DNA from: the human T2T-CHM13v2.0 reference genome, Homo sapiens
Direction: 5' to 3' (one strand)
Assembly: GCF_009914755.1 (NCBI RefSeq)
Contig: NC_060946.1
DNA length: 64,000 nucleotides
Below, in pieces: positions 33,349 through 48,800 of the stretch. Every line of letters begins with the position of its first letter. Positions within the stretch are counted from its first letter, which is position 1. The position numbers were made by a program, and so were the translations under genes. Below the pieces are notes generated by a model that was not told the origin of the DNA, ran no database searches, and saw only the letters and a program-made list of their open reading frames with translations.

Positions 33349-36165
33349 TCAGTGGGGAAGGAGAGCACTCTTGTCCCCAGTCCCTTGCCACCCTGTCCCT
33401 TAGATAGGGAGGTGGGCTGCAGAGATTGGTGCCAGAAGAGGGTGGGTTTGGGAATTGGAGCTCCTCCAAGGAGCTCCTCCTAAGATTGAGTGCTGCAGCT
33501 GTAGTGGCTGCTGGTTGGGAGAGTAAGTGCCATCACTAATTTAAAAGTCCTTGCCATCTGGAATCAGGCTTTGTCAACAGCAGCTGAGAAAAGCAGCCTG
33601 TGCCTCTGCTGGCCAGGCCTAGGCCCTCGTCAGAGCGTGCCTCTCCACAAGGCACTTGGGCCTGGGTGATTGTTGCGCCTCTGGCTTTGGCGTTTCCTCT
33701 TTGCAGCACTTTGCCTACCTCCCCCAAGCCCTGAGCCACTGCCTGCTGGGGCTCCTACTGAGGTTCTGGAAACACCTCTGCACCTGCCGCCCCTGGGAGG
33801 AAAGAGGGCCACACAGGAAGTGTCTGCAGGGAGAGGTGGCACTCGGCAGCCTGAGTTCAGGAGAGGTGCTTGGAGCTTCAGGCAGAGGGGCCTTCAGAGG
33901 AGGGAAACGGAGCAATGTGTCACAGGCAGGCAGGGGCAGGACTGCCACCCCAGGCCCCGTGGGAGGCCTGCTGAGGGCACAGAGCTGCTCGGTGCAGCCT
34001 TCATGCTTTGATCTGGAAAGAGCAGCTGTCCGCAGGCCTCTGTCTCCAAGAGGCCTGTCACACAGGAGGACCGCTGGAAACATACCAACACGTGCAGTCT
34101 CCCCTCCAAGCTATTCATGCTGTTTGTGGAATCTCTCTCAAACATAAGTGTCAGGTGTGTGTCGTCCCAACGGGTCCTGTGCTGTGAATAGATCCATGTG
34201 CAGCACAAAGGGAATGTGGCACGTGGCCCCAGGAAGAGTTCACCCGGCCAGGGGGCAGTTGTTCAGTTGCCTGGGGCTGACACTGACCACTGGCCTCTGG
34301 GGTGTCCTGCAGCCCAAATGCCCACCTTGCCCTCCTCACATCTCAGTCAGGGGAGGCCATGCCCAAGCCAATGTGCTGTCACAGCCTGCAGCGGGGGCAG
34401 CACTTCCTCGGAGGGCCTGGGAGGTGCTGGGGATGCCCCAGCGCTTCTCTTCCTGCCTCGCTCTGGCATGGCCCAGCGCCTCTAGGATCAACTTACGATC
34501 CGTGGAGCAGCCCCGGGAAACCCAAATCTGGCTCAGGACAGCGTACGGGCAGGAGGGCTGTAAATCATCCCAGGCTAAGCCTCCGTGGGCACTGGCTCCT
34601 GCCGCAGCCTGGCTATGGACTCAGTTAGAACCAGGTAGAAAGTCAGCGACACCCCACAGAAGGCCACTGCGGCTAGGTAAACACCTGAGAAAGAAACTGC
34701 TCCAGAAGAGATGACGTGGGCTTCCAGGAGCATGGAGGAGGTGGCACTTGAACTTTTAGGAAACTCCTTAGATGAGATAAAGTGGGGGTTGGAGGTGGCG
34801 AAAAGAGGGTAACCCTGGGAAAGTCAGTCAGAACCCATGGCAGAAGACTGCAGGAGAGGCAGGGGAGGGGCTTCGGGGACCACTGTGGACAGAGCTCTGA
34901 AAGCACCCTGGCCAAAGCCCCTCCTGAGGTGACAGAGCGTGGGAGGAGGCTGCACTGGGCCTGCGTGCCATCCTCACCCCTGTTCCCCGCTGGCGCCAGG
35001 CCCTGCCTTCTTGGTACCTGTGCCAACAGGAGAGCCCTCACCAGCCGATCTTGTCACTCTCCGTGGTGACAGTGTCTTGGCCAGCTGTGGCCCCTAGTTT
35101 CTAGCAGCGTTTCTCAGTGTCCTTGGCCCTTCTGAGAAGGCAGGCGGGAGGCACACGGTGCCCTGTTCTTCCCCGTTTGTCCAGTTGCTTGCAAAGCAGA
35201 GAATGAGTAGGAGTGAACCCGAGTGACTTCACCCGCCCTGTCCCCCACGTCAGGACAGGCTTGAGGCCTCTCTGGGCGTGAGCGAGGAAACCAGGCTGCT
35301 CTAACTTCTGAAGAGTGGGCTCTGGCTCAAGACTCCAATCGGCCAGAAGCCCACAGAGATCAAAGCACTAGCAAGTTCAGCTGTCCTGGCCCTCGGGTAG
35401 AACCCACGGGCGTGCCTGGGTGCGGCTCCACCCACATGCCCCACTGTCAGCCCAGGCAGGAGCCTTCCTGGCCGGGCTCAGGATCTGCCTGCAGCCCAGC
35501 CAGGCCATCACCCAGCCCCGATGCATCCTGGCACTGCACGCTTACTCTTCACAAGCACTTATACGCGGATGGCCTCCGAGACCCTGCCTCCCTGGTCTGC
35601 TGAGGTCAGGCCAGGTCTCCCACGGAGCCGGGCAGCTCCACACCCCACCACCTGGCACCGTTAGGTTTCAGATCTCCCGTGTGGTGTTTGATGTCGGCTT
35701 TTGTTCCTACCTTGGGAGTTTGGATTGTTTCCTCTGGTGTCTTTGTTTACCTTCCTCACTGTTCTACCTCCTGGCCAGGTCTCAGCTTAGCTTCCCTGGT
35801 GTGGGGTGTTTTTCAAGCCTTCCAGCCACAGCTGTCTCCCCTCAGGCTGGACGGCTCCGGGGTGACAGGGCTTCACCCTCTGCCTGCAGACCCCTGGTGG
35901 GCACATCTCACAGGCTTCCGTCTTGCTGAGTTGGGTACGGAGGCAGAAGTGGGGTGTGGAGGAAAGTCAGAGGGAAATCTGCTTCAGAAAGGAAGGGTCT
36001 TTAGACACAAAGACTGGAGGCCCTTCCCCGCCCGCACGGGAGCTGCCATCGTGGGTCTCATGCACGTCAAGACCTTCCCACATCCAAACTCAGCTTCCAG
36101 CAGGGATTTTGACTTTGGATGACAAGGCTTTATTTGTAAATATGCTCTTAATATGCAACTTTGAG

Positions 36166-36328
36166 AATAAAATAGAAACATCATGTATTTTAAAATATAA
36201 GATGAAGTGTGACGCACTGTATACAATTTAATATATATTTTTAGGGTTTTGTTATTTAAGAAAATGGAATGTAATGGTACTTTTACAAAAGAGAAAAAAT
36301 GTTATTTTTACTTTCTGGAAAAAATAAA
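36166..36328 (+). terminator. Tandem polyadenylation signals AATAAA (36166-36171 and 36323-36328)
   Basis: Two hexamers in a U/A-rich region with upstream TGTA elements; abrupt return to GC-rich sequence after ~36350. Confidence 0.8.
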
Positions 36329-37885
36329 TATTCTCATTGTTGTAGAAAGAGTGATGGGCCCTATGCTGTCATTTCTATGGGAGTTCCCCAGAGAGCGTGG
36401 GACAAGCGGAGGGTGTCTGTGGTGGGATTCCTGCCTCCCCTTGGGTGCCAGTCCTCGCCTTTTGCTTGCTGTTTCCTAGTAGTGCCTCCAAATTTCTTCC
36501 AGTCTTGTGACAGCTTCGACCCACAGCCGACCTTCAGCTGGTACGATCTGAAAGATTAGGTACTCCAAAACCATTGCATTGCAGCCCACATCCAAGGAGG
36601 GTCAGGGCAGAGCACAAGGCTCTGCAGCAGAGAGATCTGGGCTCGAGCCGGCCTAGATCCAGTCCCTCGACTACTCAGCCTCAGCTTCCCCATCTGAAAA
36701 GGGTAATGGAATCTATTCCTCAGGAGGCTATGGAGGCTATGTTTTGACAAAATGCCTCTAAAGTGCTTATGTAATTATTATCCCAGGTGGAACTGACCTT
36801 GCCTCTCAGAGCAACCAGTTCTTCCTCTCCACCCCCTTCTTGCCCCACACTTTCCTTCTTAGGAAGGAAAGAAGCTAATAGAAGCTCCACGTATGAGCTG
36901 CCCACTCTGCGCCAGGCACTCTGCTGGCAGACACTGTGCATATCCTACAACTCTTCGCCATGGGTACCACTTTCCCTCTTTGGCAGATGAGACAGCTCAG
37001 GCATGGAGAGGCTGTGGGGGACAGTAGCTGGGAGCACAGCCCTGGAGTCAGCCCTCCAGGATTCAGTTTCCTCCATTCATTCTCTGTGAGGCCAGTGAGG
37101 GTAAAACAGGGAGCCTTTGAAGGGTTTCAGCGGAGGAGTGACATCAGATTCCCAGTTTAGAAAGCATTCCTCCTTGCATCTGGGAAAACAGATCTGAGCG
37201 GGGTAAGACCGAGGGCAAGGAAACCAGTCGGGAGACTCTACAGGCCCAGCCAGGAGATGCTGAGGGCATGCCTGGGCCCCCAAGCCAGTGCTGTGGAGAG
37301 AGATGCTGACTGCACTCCCAGGGCAGGGGCACGTGCATGGGGCTGGGTAGCTCAGGCTCACATCCCAGTTCCACTGTTCACCATGTGACCTGGGGTGAGT
37401 AACACGGCCCTGTGTGCCTGTTTTCTCACCTGTCAAATGGAGACAGTTATAGTACCTGCCTTTGTGAGGCATTGGGCTGTATGAATTATTATTACCTGCA
37501 GTATGTTTTCCATCAAAGGTAGATGTTCCTTTCATTCTAGAATAGAGGTGGGGGTTAAGAATGAGGAGGTGTCTGGGATGGTGCTCCGGTACCTGACATG
37601 GGTGCCTGAGCGGAGAGAGGGGCCACTCTTCGACATAAGGAATGTAAAAGGAGCCAGGTGTGAGAGGAAACCTGATGAGTTCTTTTGGGCTAAGTCCACT
37701 GCAGTTGCTGTGGGACACTGAGGCAGAGCTGTCCGGCAGGCATTGGACAGACAGCCTGAGCCCCCCACAAGGAGCACAGGGCTCTGCACAACCCAAGGAA
37801 ACATGGGCAAAGGTGGCATCCTCAGGGTGAGTGTTGGGGCCACCCCTCAGAAGGCTATGGGGGACAGCGTCCTGGGATGCACTGA

Positions 37886-38990
<1,105 letters not shown>

Positions 38991-40901
38991 CATGATGGCC
39001 CCTTTAAAGGTCAGCTTCACTTGACTGTTTATCTTCACTGGGCTTTCCTTCTCTCTCCTAGAGGCTCTTTCCTTCCATGAAGGAAAATATTTTTAATGGC
39101 AGGAAATGGCTGGTGGAAAACAAACAGGGCGGCCTTGCTGGTGAATTTCTTAGGGACAAATTACGCTGCAATAGAAAAATAAAATAAATGCAGCCAGAAT
39201 GTGCAACTGTCCCACCTGAAGAACCCCTTTGGGATTATGGGACAATGAGGCCAGGATGAGACCCTCAAACCCATCTGAGTGGACTCTGGGGACCACTGAC
39301 CTTGCCCTGTGTTCTCCTGAACCTGACAGATGCAGATATTGGAGAATCCACCACCCGGGAGCCAGCACCAGGGCAGCACCAGCCCCATCCTTTGTCAGGC
39401 AGTCAAAGGCTCTTCTTCCTGTGAAGGGGAACGGGGCTGGACAAGGGTGACCTTGTCTCCAGGCTTGGAAGTCACATGACCATCTTCTTTCCCCTCTGGG
39501 CCATGCGTGCCTGAAACTGCAGACAGTCTCTAGAACTCAGAGAACTGGGAAGCTTTTGTTCCTCTGTGGCGAGGTCGGGTCCCGATGGGGGATTGTTTTC
39601 GCTCAGCTCAAAGGGACACTTTAGAGATAGAATACTTCAACCTTAAGAAGCAGCAACATTTGCTTGTAGCTGGAAGTCTTCATTTCTGGTCTCCAGCTGT
39701 TGTCTGGAGCCACCAGGCCTCCCCTGAATGGGCCTATGCCCAGCAACTGGTGGGGGGGGGGCAGTGCCTGCCGGACTGAACATGAACCAGTCTGTGCAGG
39801 ACGCCCATCTCCAGGACAGCTTGGCTGCAAGGACACCCTGTCCCCTCCCGGTGGTGGTTGCTGGGCTTTGGAATAAACCCGTTAGCTCTGGGTGACTGAG
39901 CGGGGAAAAGGGGCTCCACAAGAAGCGTTTTAGGGGGAAAGTAGACCCAAGCTTGAGCTCCAGAGTAACCCCTCCGGGAGAAACACCAAACACTCGGAAA
40001 CAGCCAGGGCTTTCGCAACAGTGAAGCTGCAGATCCCATTTATTTCCGTCTTAGTAGCATTGTCTCTGTTCAAATGAGGTCACTGAACTTTTAAAAACTT
40101 CACTGAGGGTCGTGCTTCTTTGCATATTGATCATGTGAATGTTTAGTGGACTTGCCTTAGTTGCTGGTACCTAAGATAGAGATTAAGGGCCCTCAAGGGG
40201 TATTCAGACCTCAAATTCAGCCAAACACAGGCGCAGCTTTTCCTGGGTCTGAGTGAGCTGAGGAAAGCACTTTTGAATGTGCAAGGACAATAAGATTAAT
40301 AACCACTACCATCTCTGCAGTACGTACTGTGTACCAGACGCTGTGCCAAGTGACCAACAGACATTACCGAATTCATCTTTGCCGCAACCCAACAAGGGAA
40401 CTGAGGGTCAGAGAAGGGGTCCAGCCAGGGGCCGCCAAGGTTCGGACTCAGCCTGGGACCACTGGCTCCAAAGCTGGGGGTCCTTACTCCTGTTGAGCTG
40501 CAGGCCCCTCCAACACAGGCAGTGGGTGGGCCCCCAAATAGCTCATCTTCAAGGATATGGCCTCCGGAAAGCCCAGGGAAAGTGTGGATCGATTTTCCTG
40601 GGTCAAGGAAGAATCAAACCTACACTTCTTTACCTATTTGATGACACAAACCCCTTTGAGAACCAGGGGTTGGATGGAGCCTCTCCCTGCAAAAAAGACC
40701 CCATCTGCCAAACTGCAGGGGTCCAGAGACCCCCTGCCCCCTGAAACCCTTCCATGGACCTCAGGTTTAGAATCTCTCCATTAAGCCATGAGCATGATTA
40801 TTTGAAAGTTAAAATGAGGCCAGAAGGGATAATAGTAACAGTCATAATAATACGAATAACAGGATACATTTTACTGATCACCTGTTGTCAGGCATTTATG
40901 C

Positions 40902-41429
<528 letters not shown>

Positions 41430-42297
41430 TCAGGAGTCTGAGGCAGGAGAATTGCTTGAACCGGGGAGGTGGAGGTTGCCGTGAGCCGAGATTGTGCCAT
41501 TGCACTCCAGCCTGGGAGACAGAGCAAGACTCTGTCTTAAAAAAAAAAAAAAAAAAGCACAGGAGTCAGGATTTGAGCCCACTCCCAAGCCTGTTTGCTT
41601 TCCTAAGAGACAAGATGGGTGCATTTAAATTGTGGAGGAAGAAAAGGTGACAGTGAAGCAGGAAGGAAGACCCAGGAGCAAGGGCAGTCCCCTGGGCCCT
41701 GGGAATATCAGGCAGAGAGGCTCCATCCTCCTGCAGTCTTTGCTGAATGGTCTGCACTGCAGGGGAGGGCGGCTGGTTTCCTGAGCCATCCCTCTAACCC
41801 CCTGCAAGCGGCTCCAAGGACAGAGTCTCCAGATCCAGGACAGCTGGTGGCCTTCACATTGTTTTGCGTCTCCCAGGTTCTCTTAATTATAACCAATTTG
41901 CCACCCTCAGCAATTCCTTGTTCCCCTCTGCTAATACCCATGAGTTGGAACCATCAGCCGAACTCCCAGCCAAACAGGCTAAAATCACTTCCCTTTCCCA
42001 TGTAGGGAGTCCTCCAGTCTCTTAGAAACTCGCCTTTCTTCTCAGTCCTGTGAGACGGGCGAGGCCTGCCCTTCTGTGCGCTGACTTACTGGGCTGGGAT
42101 CTGCCCTAGCGGGAGACAGAATCTGCTCAACTTTCTCCAGCTCCTCCCCGCCCCTTGCACCCCTCCACTCTCCCCCCAACCCCTCCTGCTGACTCTTGGG
42201 GCTCTGGCACACTGCCTGCCAAGCACAACCTTTCCTTTTTTTCCTCTCTCTAAAGACAGGGTCTCACTCTGTCGCCCAGGCTGGAGAGCAGTGGCAC

Positions 42298-42937
42298 CGT
42301 CACAGGGTAAACTCCAAAACTGGGATTCAGCCTGGGGGTGCCCCATGGGTTCCTGGCTTGAAGCAGGAAGGAACTCAAGAGTGAGCTGACAGTAAAGTGA
42401 AAGCAAGTCTATTAAGAAAGTAAAGGAATAAAGGAGGGCTACTCCATAGGGAGAGCAGCGGCATGGGCTGCTTGACTGAGTAGACTTACGGTTATTTCTT
42501 GATGATATACTAAACAAGGGATGGATTATTCATGAGTTTTCTGGGAAAGGGGTGGGGAGTTCCCGGAACTGAGGGTTCCTTCCCTTTTTAGACCATATAG
42601 GGTAACTTCCAGATATTGCCATGGCATTCATAAACTGTCATGGCCCTGGTGGGAGTGTCTTTTCACATGCTAATGAATTATAATTAGCATATAATGACCA
42701 GTGAGGACAACCAGCCATGTTGGTTTTGGCAGGTTTTGTCCGGCTTCTTCACTGCATCTCATTTTATCAGCGGGGTCTTTGTGACCTGTATCTTGTGAAG
42801 CCAGTCCTGCCGACCTCCTATCTCATCCTGTGACTAAGAATGCCCAGCCTCCTTAGAATGCAGCCCAGCTGGTCTCAGCCTCATTTTATTCAGCCCCTAT
42901 TCAAGATGGAGTCGCTCTGTTTCCATTGCCTCTGACA
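42298..42937 (-). mobile_element. MER41B-type ERV1 solo LTR (640 bp) inserted into an antisense AluJ (~42230-43190)
   Basis: Minus strand starts TGTCAGAGGCAATGGAAACAGAGCGACTCCATCTTGAATAGGGGCTG; 4-bp TSD GCAC (42294-42297/42938-42941); Alu sequence is continuous across it. Confidence 0.88.
42539..42568. promoter_or_regulatory. Tandem GAS (STAT) motifs TTCTGGGAA and TTCCCGGAA
   Basis: Both fit TTCN3GAA; 21 bp apart; located at the position known from IFN-gamma-responsive MER41B copies. Confidence 0.6.
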
Positions 42938-43215
42938 GCACAATCATAGCTCATTGCAGCCTCACTCTCCTGGGTTTGAACAATCCTTCCATCTCAGCTT
43001 CCTGAGTAGCTGGGACCACAGGCGTGGGCTGCTACGTCCAGCTGATTTTTTCTTTTTTTTTTAATTATTGTAGAGACAGCGTCTCACTATGTTGCCCAGG
43101 TTAGTCTTGAACTCCTGGGCTCAAGTGATCCTCTCGTCTTGGCCTCCCGAAGTGCTGAGATTACAGGCACCAGCCACCATGCCTGGCTCCTTTATAACCT
43201 CCATTTATTCATCTA

Positions 43216-43383
<168 letters not shown>

Positions 43384-44029
43384 CTAGCTACTCCGGGAGG
43401 CTGAGGCAGGAGAATCGCTTGAACCTGGGAGGCGGAGGTTGCAGTGAGCCGAGATCTAGTCACTGCACTCCAGCCTGGGTAACGGCAAGACTTCCTCTCA
43501 AAAAAAAAAAAAAAGAAAGAAAAGAGATACAGCAGTAGTTTCTCATAGGGTTGTTGTGAAGATTAAATGAAATAAGAAAGGTACAATATTTAGCTCAGTG
43601 ACTGGCCTGTGAGTCCTCAATACATTTTAACAATTTTTATCAGTAAACTCAGGGGACCACCAGGAGCAGGGGGCACCTCAGATTTGCCCTGCCTTTCAGA
43701 TTGAGAACCCTATTTATCAAACTCCAAGTTTACAATGCACAAAGTAGGGGCAGTTCCCTCCTTAGAGAATAATTCCTGACTTGGTTCCTTCAAGTAGCTG
43801 GTTTCCCCCAGGACCTTCAATATGTGACCCCATTTAATAAAGGTATCTATTGACCTTTACTTTCTTAGGGACCTAGCTGTTGGGTGAAAATACCCTTTTC
43901 TGCCGACTCCCTGCCTGCAGTGGATTTCCTTATCTGTTGCTTCAGGTAAGGGAACAAATGCAGAATTTGAATGTCCTCATAGTTCCCCCAATGCTGCAGG
44001 TGGACAAATAGGCTAAGGCCCCTGGCCCA

Positions 44030-44210
44030 GCTGGCAGAGGTAAGGAGCTGCCCGCCCGCCCAGCTCCCGCTGCGGCAGAGCCCCCAGCCGCCGCCTCCTG
44101 CCGCCCTCGCCTTTCCTGCAGGAGCCGTCCCAGCGCAGGCTTGCTCACCAGCGCCGCCCCGTGGTAAGACCGCAGATCTGCGGAAGAAGGCCAGCCCTGA
44201 ACCGCAACTG
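44030..44210. promoter_or_regulatory. Small non-repeat CpG-rich patch (candidate enhancer/promoter/CTCF site)
   Basis: Dense CpGs and GC boxes (CCCGCCCGCCC) in CpG-poor surroundings; CTCF-like CCACGGGGCGGCGC on the minus strand. Confidence 0.55.
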
Positions 44211-44733
44211 CTCTCAAGCCCTTCCATTACAGTTACACGGATTTTTTGCCCAGCGCGGTGATGCGTGCCTGTAATCCCAGCTACTCTGGAGGCTGAGAGG
44301 AAGGATGCCTTGAGCCCAGGAGTTCAGAATCAGCCTGGGCAAAATTGCGAGAGAAAAGAAAAAAGAAAAAAATAATGTCACAGGTGTCCTGACTCTAAAC
44401 CTGGACATTAGCCCAGGTCTCACTCTCACCAAGCCCTCTAAAGAACTCATTCTATCAGATAAGTGATCAGATGAATTATTCTACCTCCATACTATGAAAT
44501 CCTATGTCACCATTGAAATTAATGTGGTGTATAATCTCCAAAGGCAATGAAAAAAAAAGAACAAATTAATGTAGTGCTTCTACACACACTGTATCAGAAT
44601 ATCTTACGTGAAAAAAGTCAAAGAACAAAGCATAAGTGTAATTTTTTTTTTTGGCCAAATTTTAAAAAGAGGGAGGGAAATATATGTATGTGTATACAAA
44701 GGCACCAGCAAAGTCCTGCAAGTTCTGTGCCTA

Positions 44734-44955
<222 letters not shown>

Positions 44956-44958
44956 TCA

Positions 44959-45120
<162 letters not shown>

Positions 45121-45382
45121 TTATATGTGGCTTGAATCTCTTACATTCATGCATTACATGTGCAAGTTTGAAAATAAAGTGCAGGTGGATTATTTTAAAA
45201 TTTGGAGGCTGGGCCCGGTGGCTCACACCTGTAATTCCAGCACTTTGAGAGGCCAAGGCAGGAGGATCACCTGAGGTCAGAGGTTTGAGATCAGCCTGGT
45301 CAACATGGCGAAACCCCGTCTCTACTAAAAATACAAAAATTAGCTGGGTGTGGTGGCGCGTGCCTGTAATCCCAGCTACTCA

Positions 45383-45487
<105 letters not shown>

Positions 45488-46845
45488 TCAAAAAAAAAAA
45501 AATTTGGAAAGCACACAAAACAAAAAGAACAACATAAGTCTCTCTCACTGTCACACTGCTCAGTGGAAGCACTGTTAAAAGGCTGGTGCATGTGTTTCCA
45601 GCACGCACTAGGAGCACTGAGGAACACTGCTTCCCCTGCTTGCCCCCAGGAAGGGGGCCTGGCCAATGCCCTGGACTAGACATCTATTCTGCTGCCCAGC
45701 ATCACCCATGCCACTGCCCTGCCCCACCCTGAGCCACTCCTGGAGACACCTCCCAGTGCAGGGAGTCTCCCAGAAGCTTTGGGCCAGCAGAATGCTCAGC
45801 TCCCAAGCCAAAATGTCCTTCTCTTTGTTAACTACAAAATAAACATCTCCAGGCCCCCTGGGCCACTTGCACTACAGATGTTTATGCCTTTGGAAAGAGA
45901 CAAAAAGAGAAAGACTCTTGCAATTTCTCCCTGAGACAATGGGTGCCAAGTTGGTAATTAACCCTCAGCAACCAGGGCGTCTGATCTTCCACCAGCCAGT
46001 CTGCAGCAGGTTGTGGGAGTGATTGATTGGGCCTGTGCTAGAACTTGGTGATTGGTGGGCCTTCCAGGCCTTGGAATGCTCTCCGCACAGGACGCTGGCT
46101 GCCTCTTCAAAACTCTAAATGAGGTACTAGGAACCCACCCCTAAGAAGGCCCCCACACTGCTGCATCCCATTCCAGATGAAGGGCTGTGAGCAGCCCTAG
46201 CATTCATCAAACCACTCGGGGGAGCCCCAGGGCCTGCACGCAGAGCTGGGAGGAGCAAGGCTGCTGAGGGGCAGGCACTCGGTCATCTTGACATTGCATT
46301 CACTAAACACCCTCGGACCAGGCTCCCCGCTCAACTCTACATACGGTGCCTTATTTCCTTTGACTCTCCCAGCAACCCCATGAGGTAGGTACAGTTCTAT
46401 TCCAGTTTTTATAGATGAGGAAATTGAGTCTTGGAGAAATAAAGCCTGTGCTGCCATCACTTAATCCTGGGTGGATAACATCTCTTCTTCAGACAGGTGT
46501 TCCTAGACCAAGGTCATCCTGCTGGTAAGAGGGGGTAAAGATGGACTGAACCCTTTTTACAACTTTGAAGCCACACCTGCCCATCCCCACATATTCATAT
46601 TGGAAAACTCTTTCCAGAGGGTTATCATCTTCAGGCTTCTACAAACTATGCCAAGCTCAGAGGAGCCGACCTGTGGGGGCTCCACGCAAAGATTACAGTC
46701 AGGTCTTCCCTTGGATGTAGCCAGAGACAGCTGAGAGCTGTCCCCTGGACCAGAATTCCATCATGAGAGGCTGGGGGATTGCCTTCTTTCCAGTGGGGGA
46801 GCCGAGGCCCAGAGAGCAGAATTCGTGTCCAAGGCCCCACCATGA

Positions 46846-47156
<311 letters not shown>

Positions 47157-48593
47157 TGACTTTGCCTCTGTGGCCAATGTCATGTCCATGGCTGCACGGA
47201 GCTTCCTGAAAACACGGAGGCTGGTGGCAAGGACCCGCCTTGGAAAATGGGGAGAAAGCCAATCCCCCTAGATACATCCCCTGAGCCCTTGGGCTGGGAG
47301 AAGGGCATTGTGTAGCCTCTAAGGGAGACTACAAAGTAAGAAGGGATTGCTTCCATCTTGTCATTCCACCATCTGTGTCACAAACAGGCAGGTCAGGGGA
47401 GCAAACATGGCAGAGGGACATGGCCTAGGAGTCCTGTACTTCATTTTCCCTCACATTTCATTGTCTGTTACAGGTCACGTGGTCTCACCTGGATGCAAAG
47501 GCCACTGGGAAATGTAGTCTTCCAGTGGGCCAGGAGTTGTGTACAATGAAATTAGCGAATATATAGCCTGTCTCTGCCACACTATTCAAAAACTCGTAGT
47601 CATGTCAGGGCCCAGAATGCCTTGAGATTGTTGCTCAGCACATGAGAGCATGAGGCTGGAGAAGTGGGCTGGCCCAGTGTGAGAAACACGGGTAAAACAC
47701 GGGGTAACAATTTGCAATCTAGCCCCATGTGGTCCAGGTTCCTCACGTGCAGCCAGCCATGGCAGTAGAGGGACAAAATGATGCCGGAGCAAGAGACAGA
47801 GTCCCCCAGATGAATGTCAAGGGAAACCCAATAGCCCTGAAGACATCAAGGGGAGGCCACGCCAGCCAAGATTCCTGGCTCACTTTGCAGAAAAGAGGAT
47901 GTAAGAGGGCACTGGGGAAGGAAAAGGGAGAACAGCGGAGAGGCGCCGACATGGGGCACGGGGAATTCTAGGGAAACTGGGCCTGGAGGGCTGGAAAAGT
48001 CTCTGCCACCAGCAGGGCAGCTTCATGGATGTGCAGCCTCCACAGTCACACAGGGCCCATCCTCACAAAGGCCCCACATTTGGCCCTAGCTGTCACTGTC
48101 TTGAAATTCTTAATCATTTTCCAAGAAGGGGCCCCATATTTTTATTTTGCACTGGGCCTCACAAATTACAAAGTCAGTCCTGAGTCCAGAAGGGATCAGT
48201 CTTGGTTCCAGATGGCCCCACCTCCAGGGCATGGCTGTGGCTGATGGTTATTTGCCAGCCTAGTGGGAGACCAAGACCACAGGAAATGGGTCTGGAAGAT
48301 GATCGGCAGTAGTGGTCAGCTCAAGAGTGTTGATTTTTTGTTTTGTTTTTGTTTTTTGAGACGGAGTCTCAGTCTGTTGCCCAGGCTGGCTCACTGCTCA
48401 GCTCGCTGCAACCTCCGCCTCCTGGGTTCAAGCGATTCTCCTGCCTCAGCCTCCCAAGTAGCTGGGATTACATGCAGCTGCCACCAAGCTGGGCTAATTT
48501 TTGTATTTTTAGTAGAGACAGGGTTTCTCCATGTTGGCCAGAGCTGGTCTCGAACTCCTGACCACAAGTGATCTACCTGCCTTGGCCTCCTAA

Positions 48594-48800
<207 letters not shown>

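Noticed and set aside
34148-34714. 188-aa ORF (ATG at 34196) within the 3'UTR
   Set aside because: No recognisable domain; GC-rich UTR with many overlapping ORFs on both strands; would need Ribo-seq or conservation support
39100-40100. Possible processed-pseudogene ORFs in unique sequence downstream of the poly(A) site
   Set aside because: I could not recognise any parent protein, poly(A) tail or TSD
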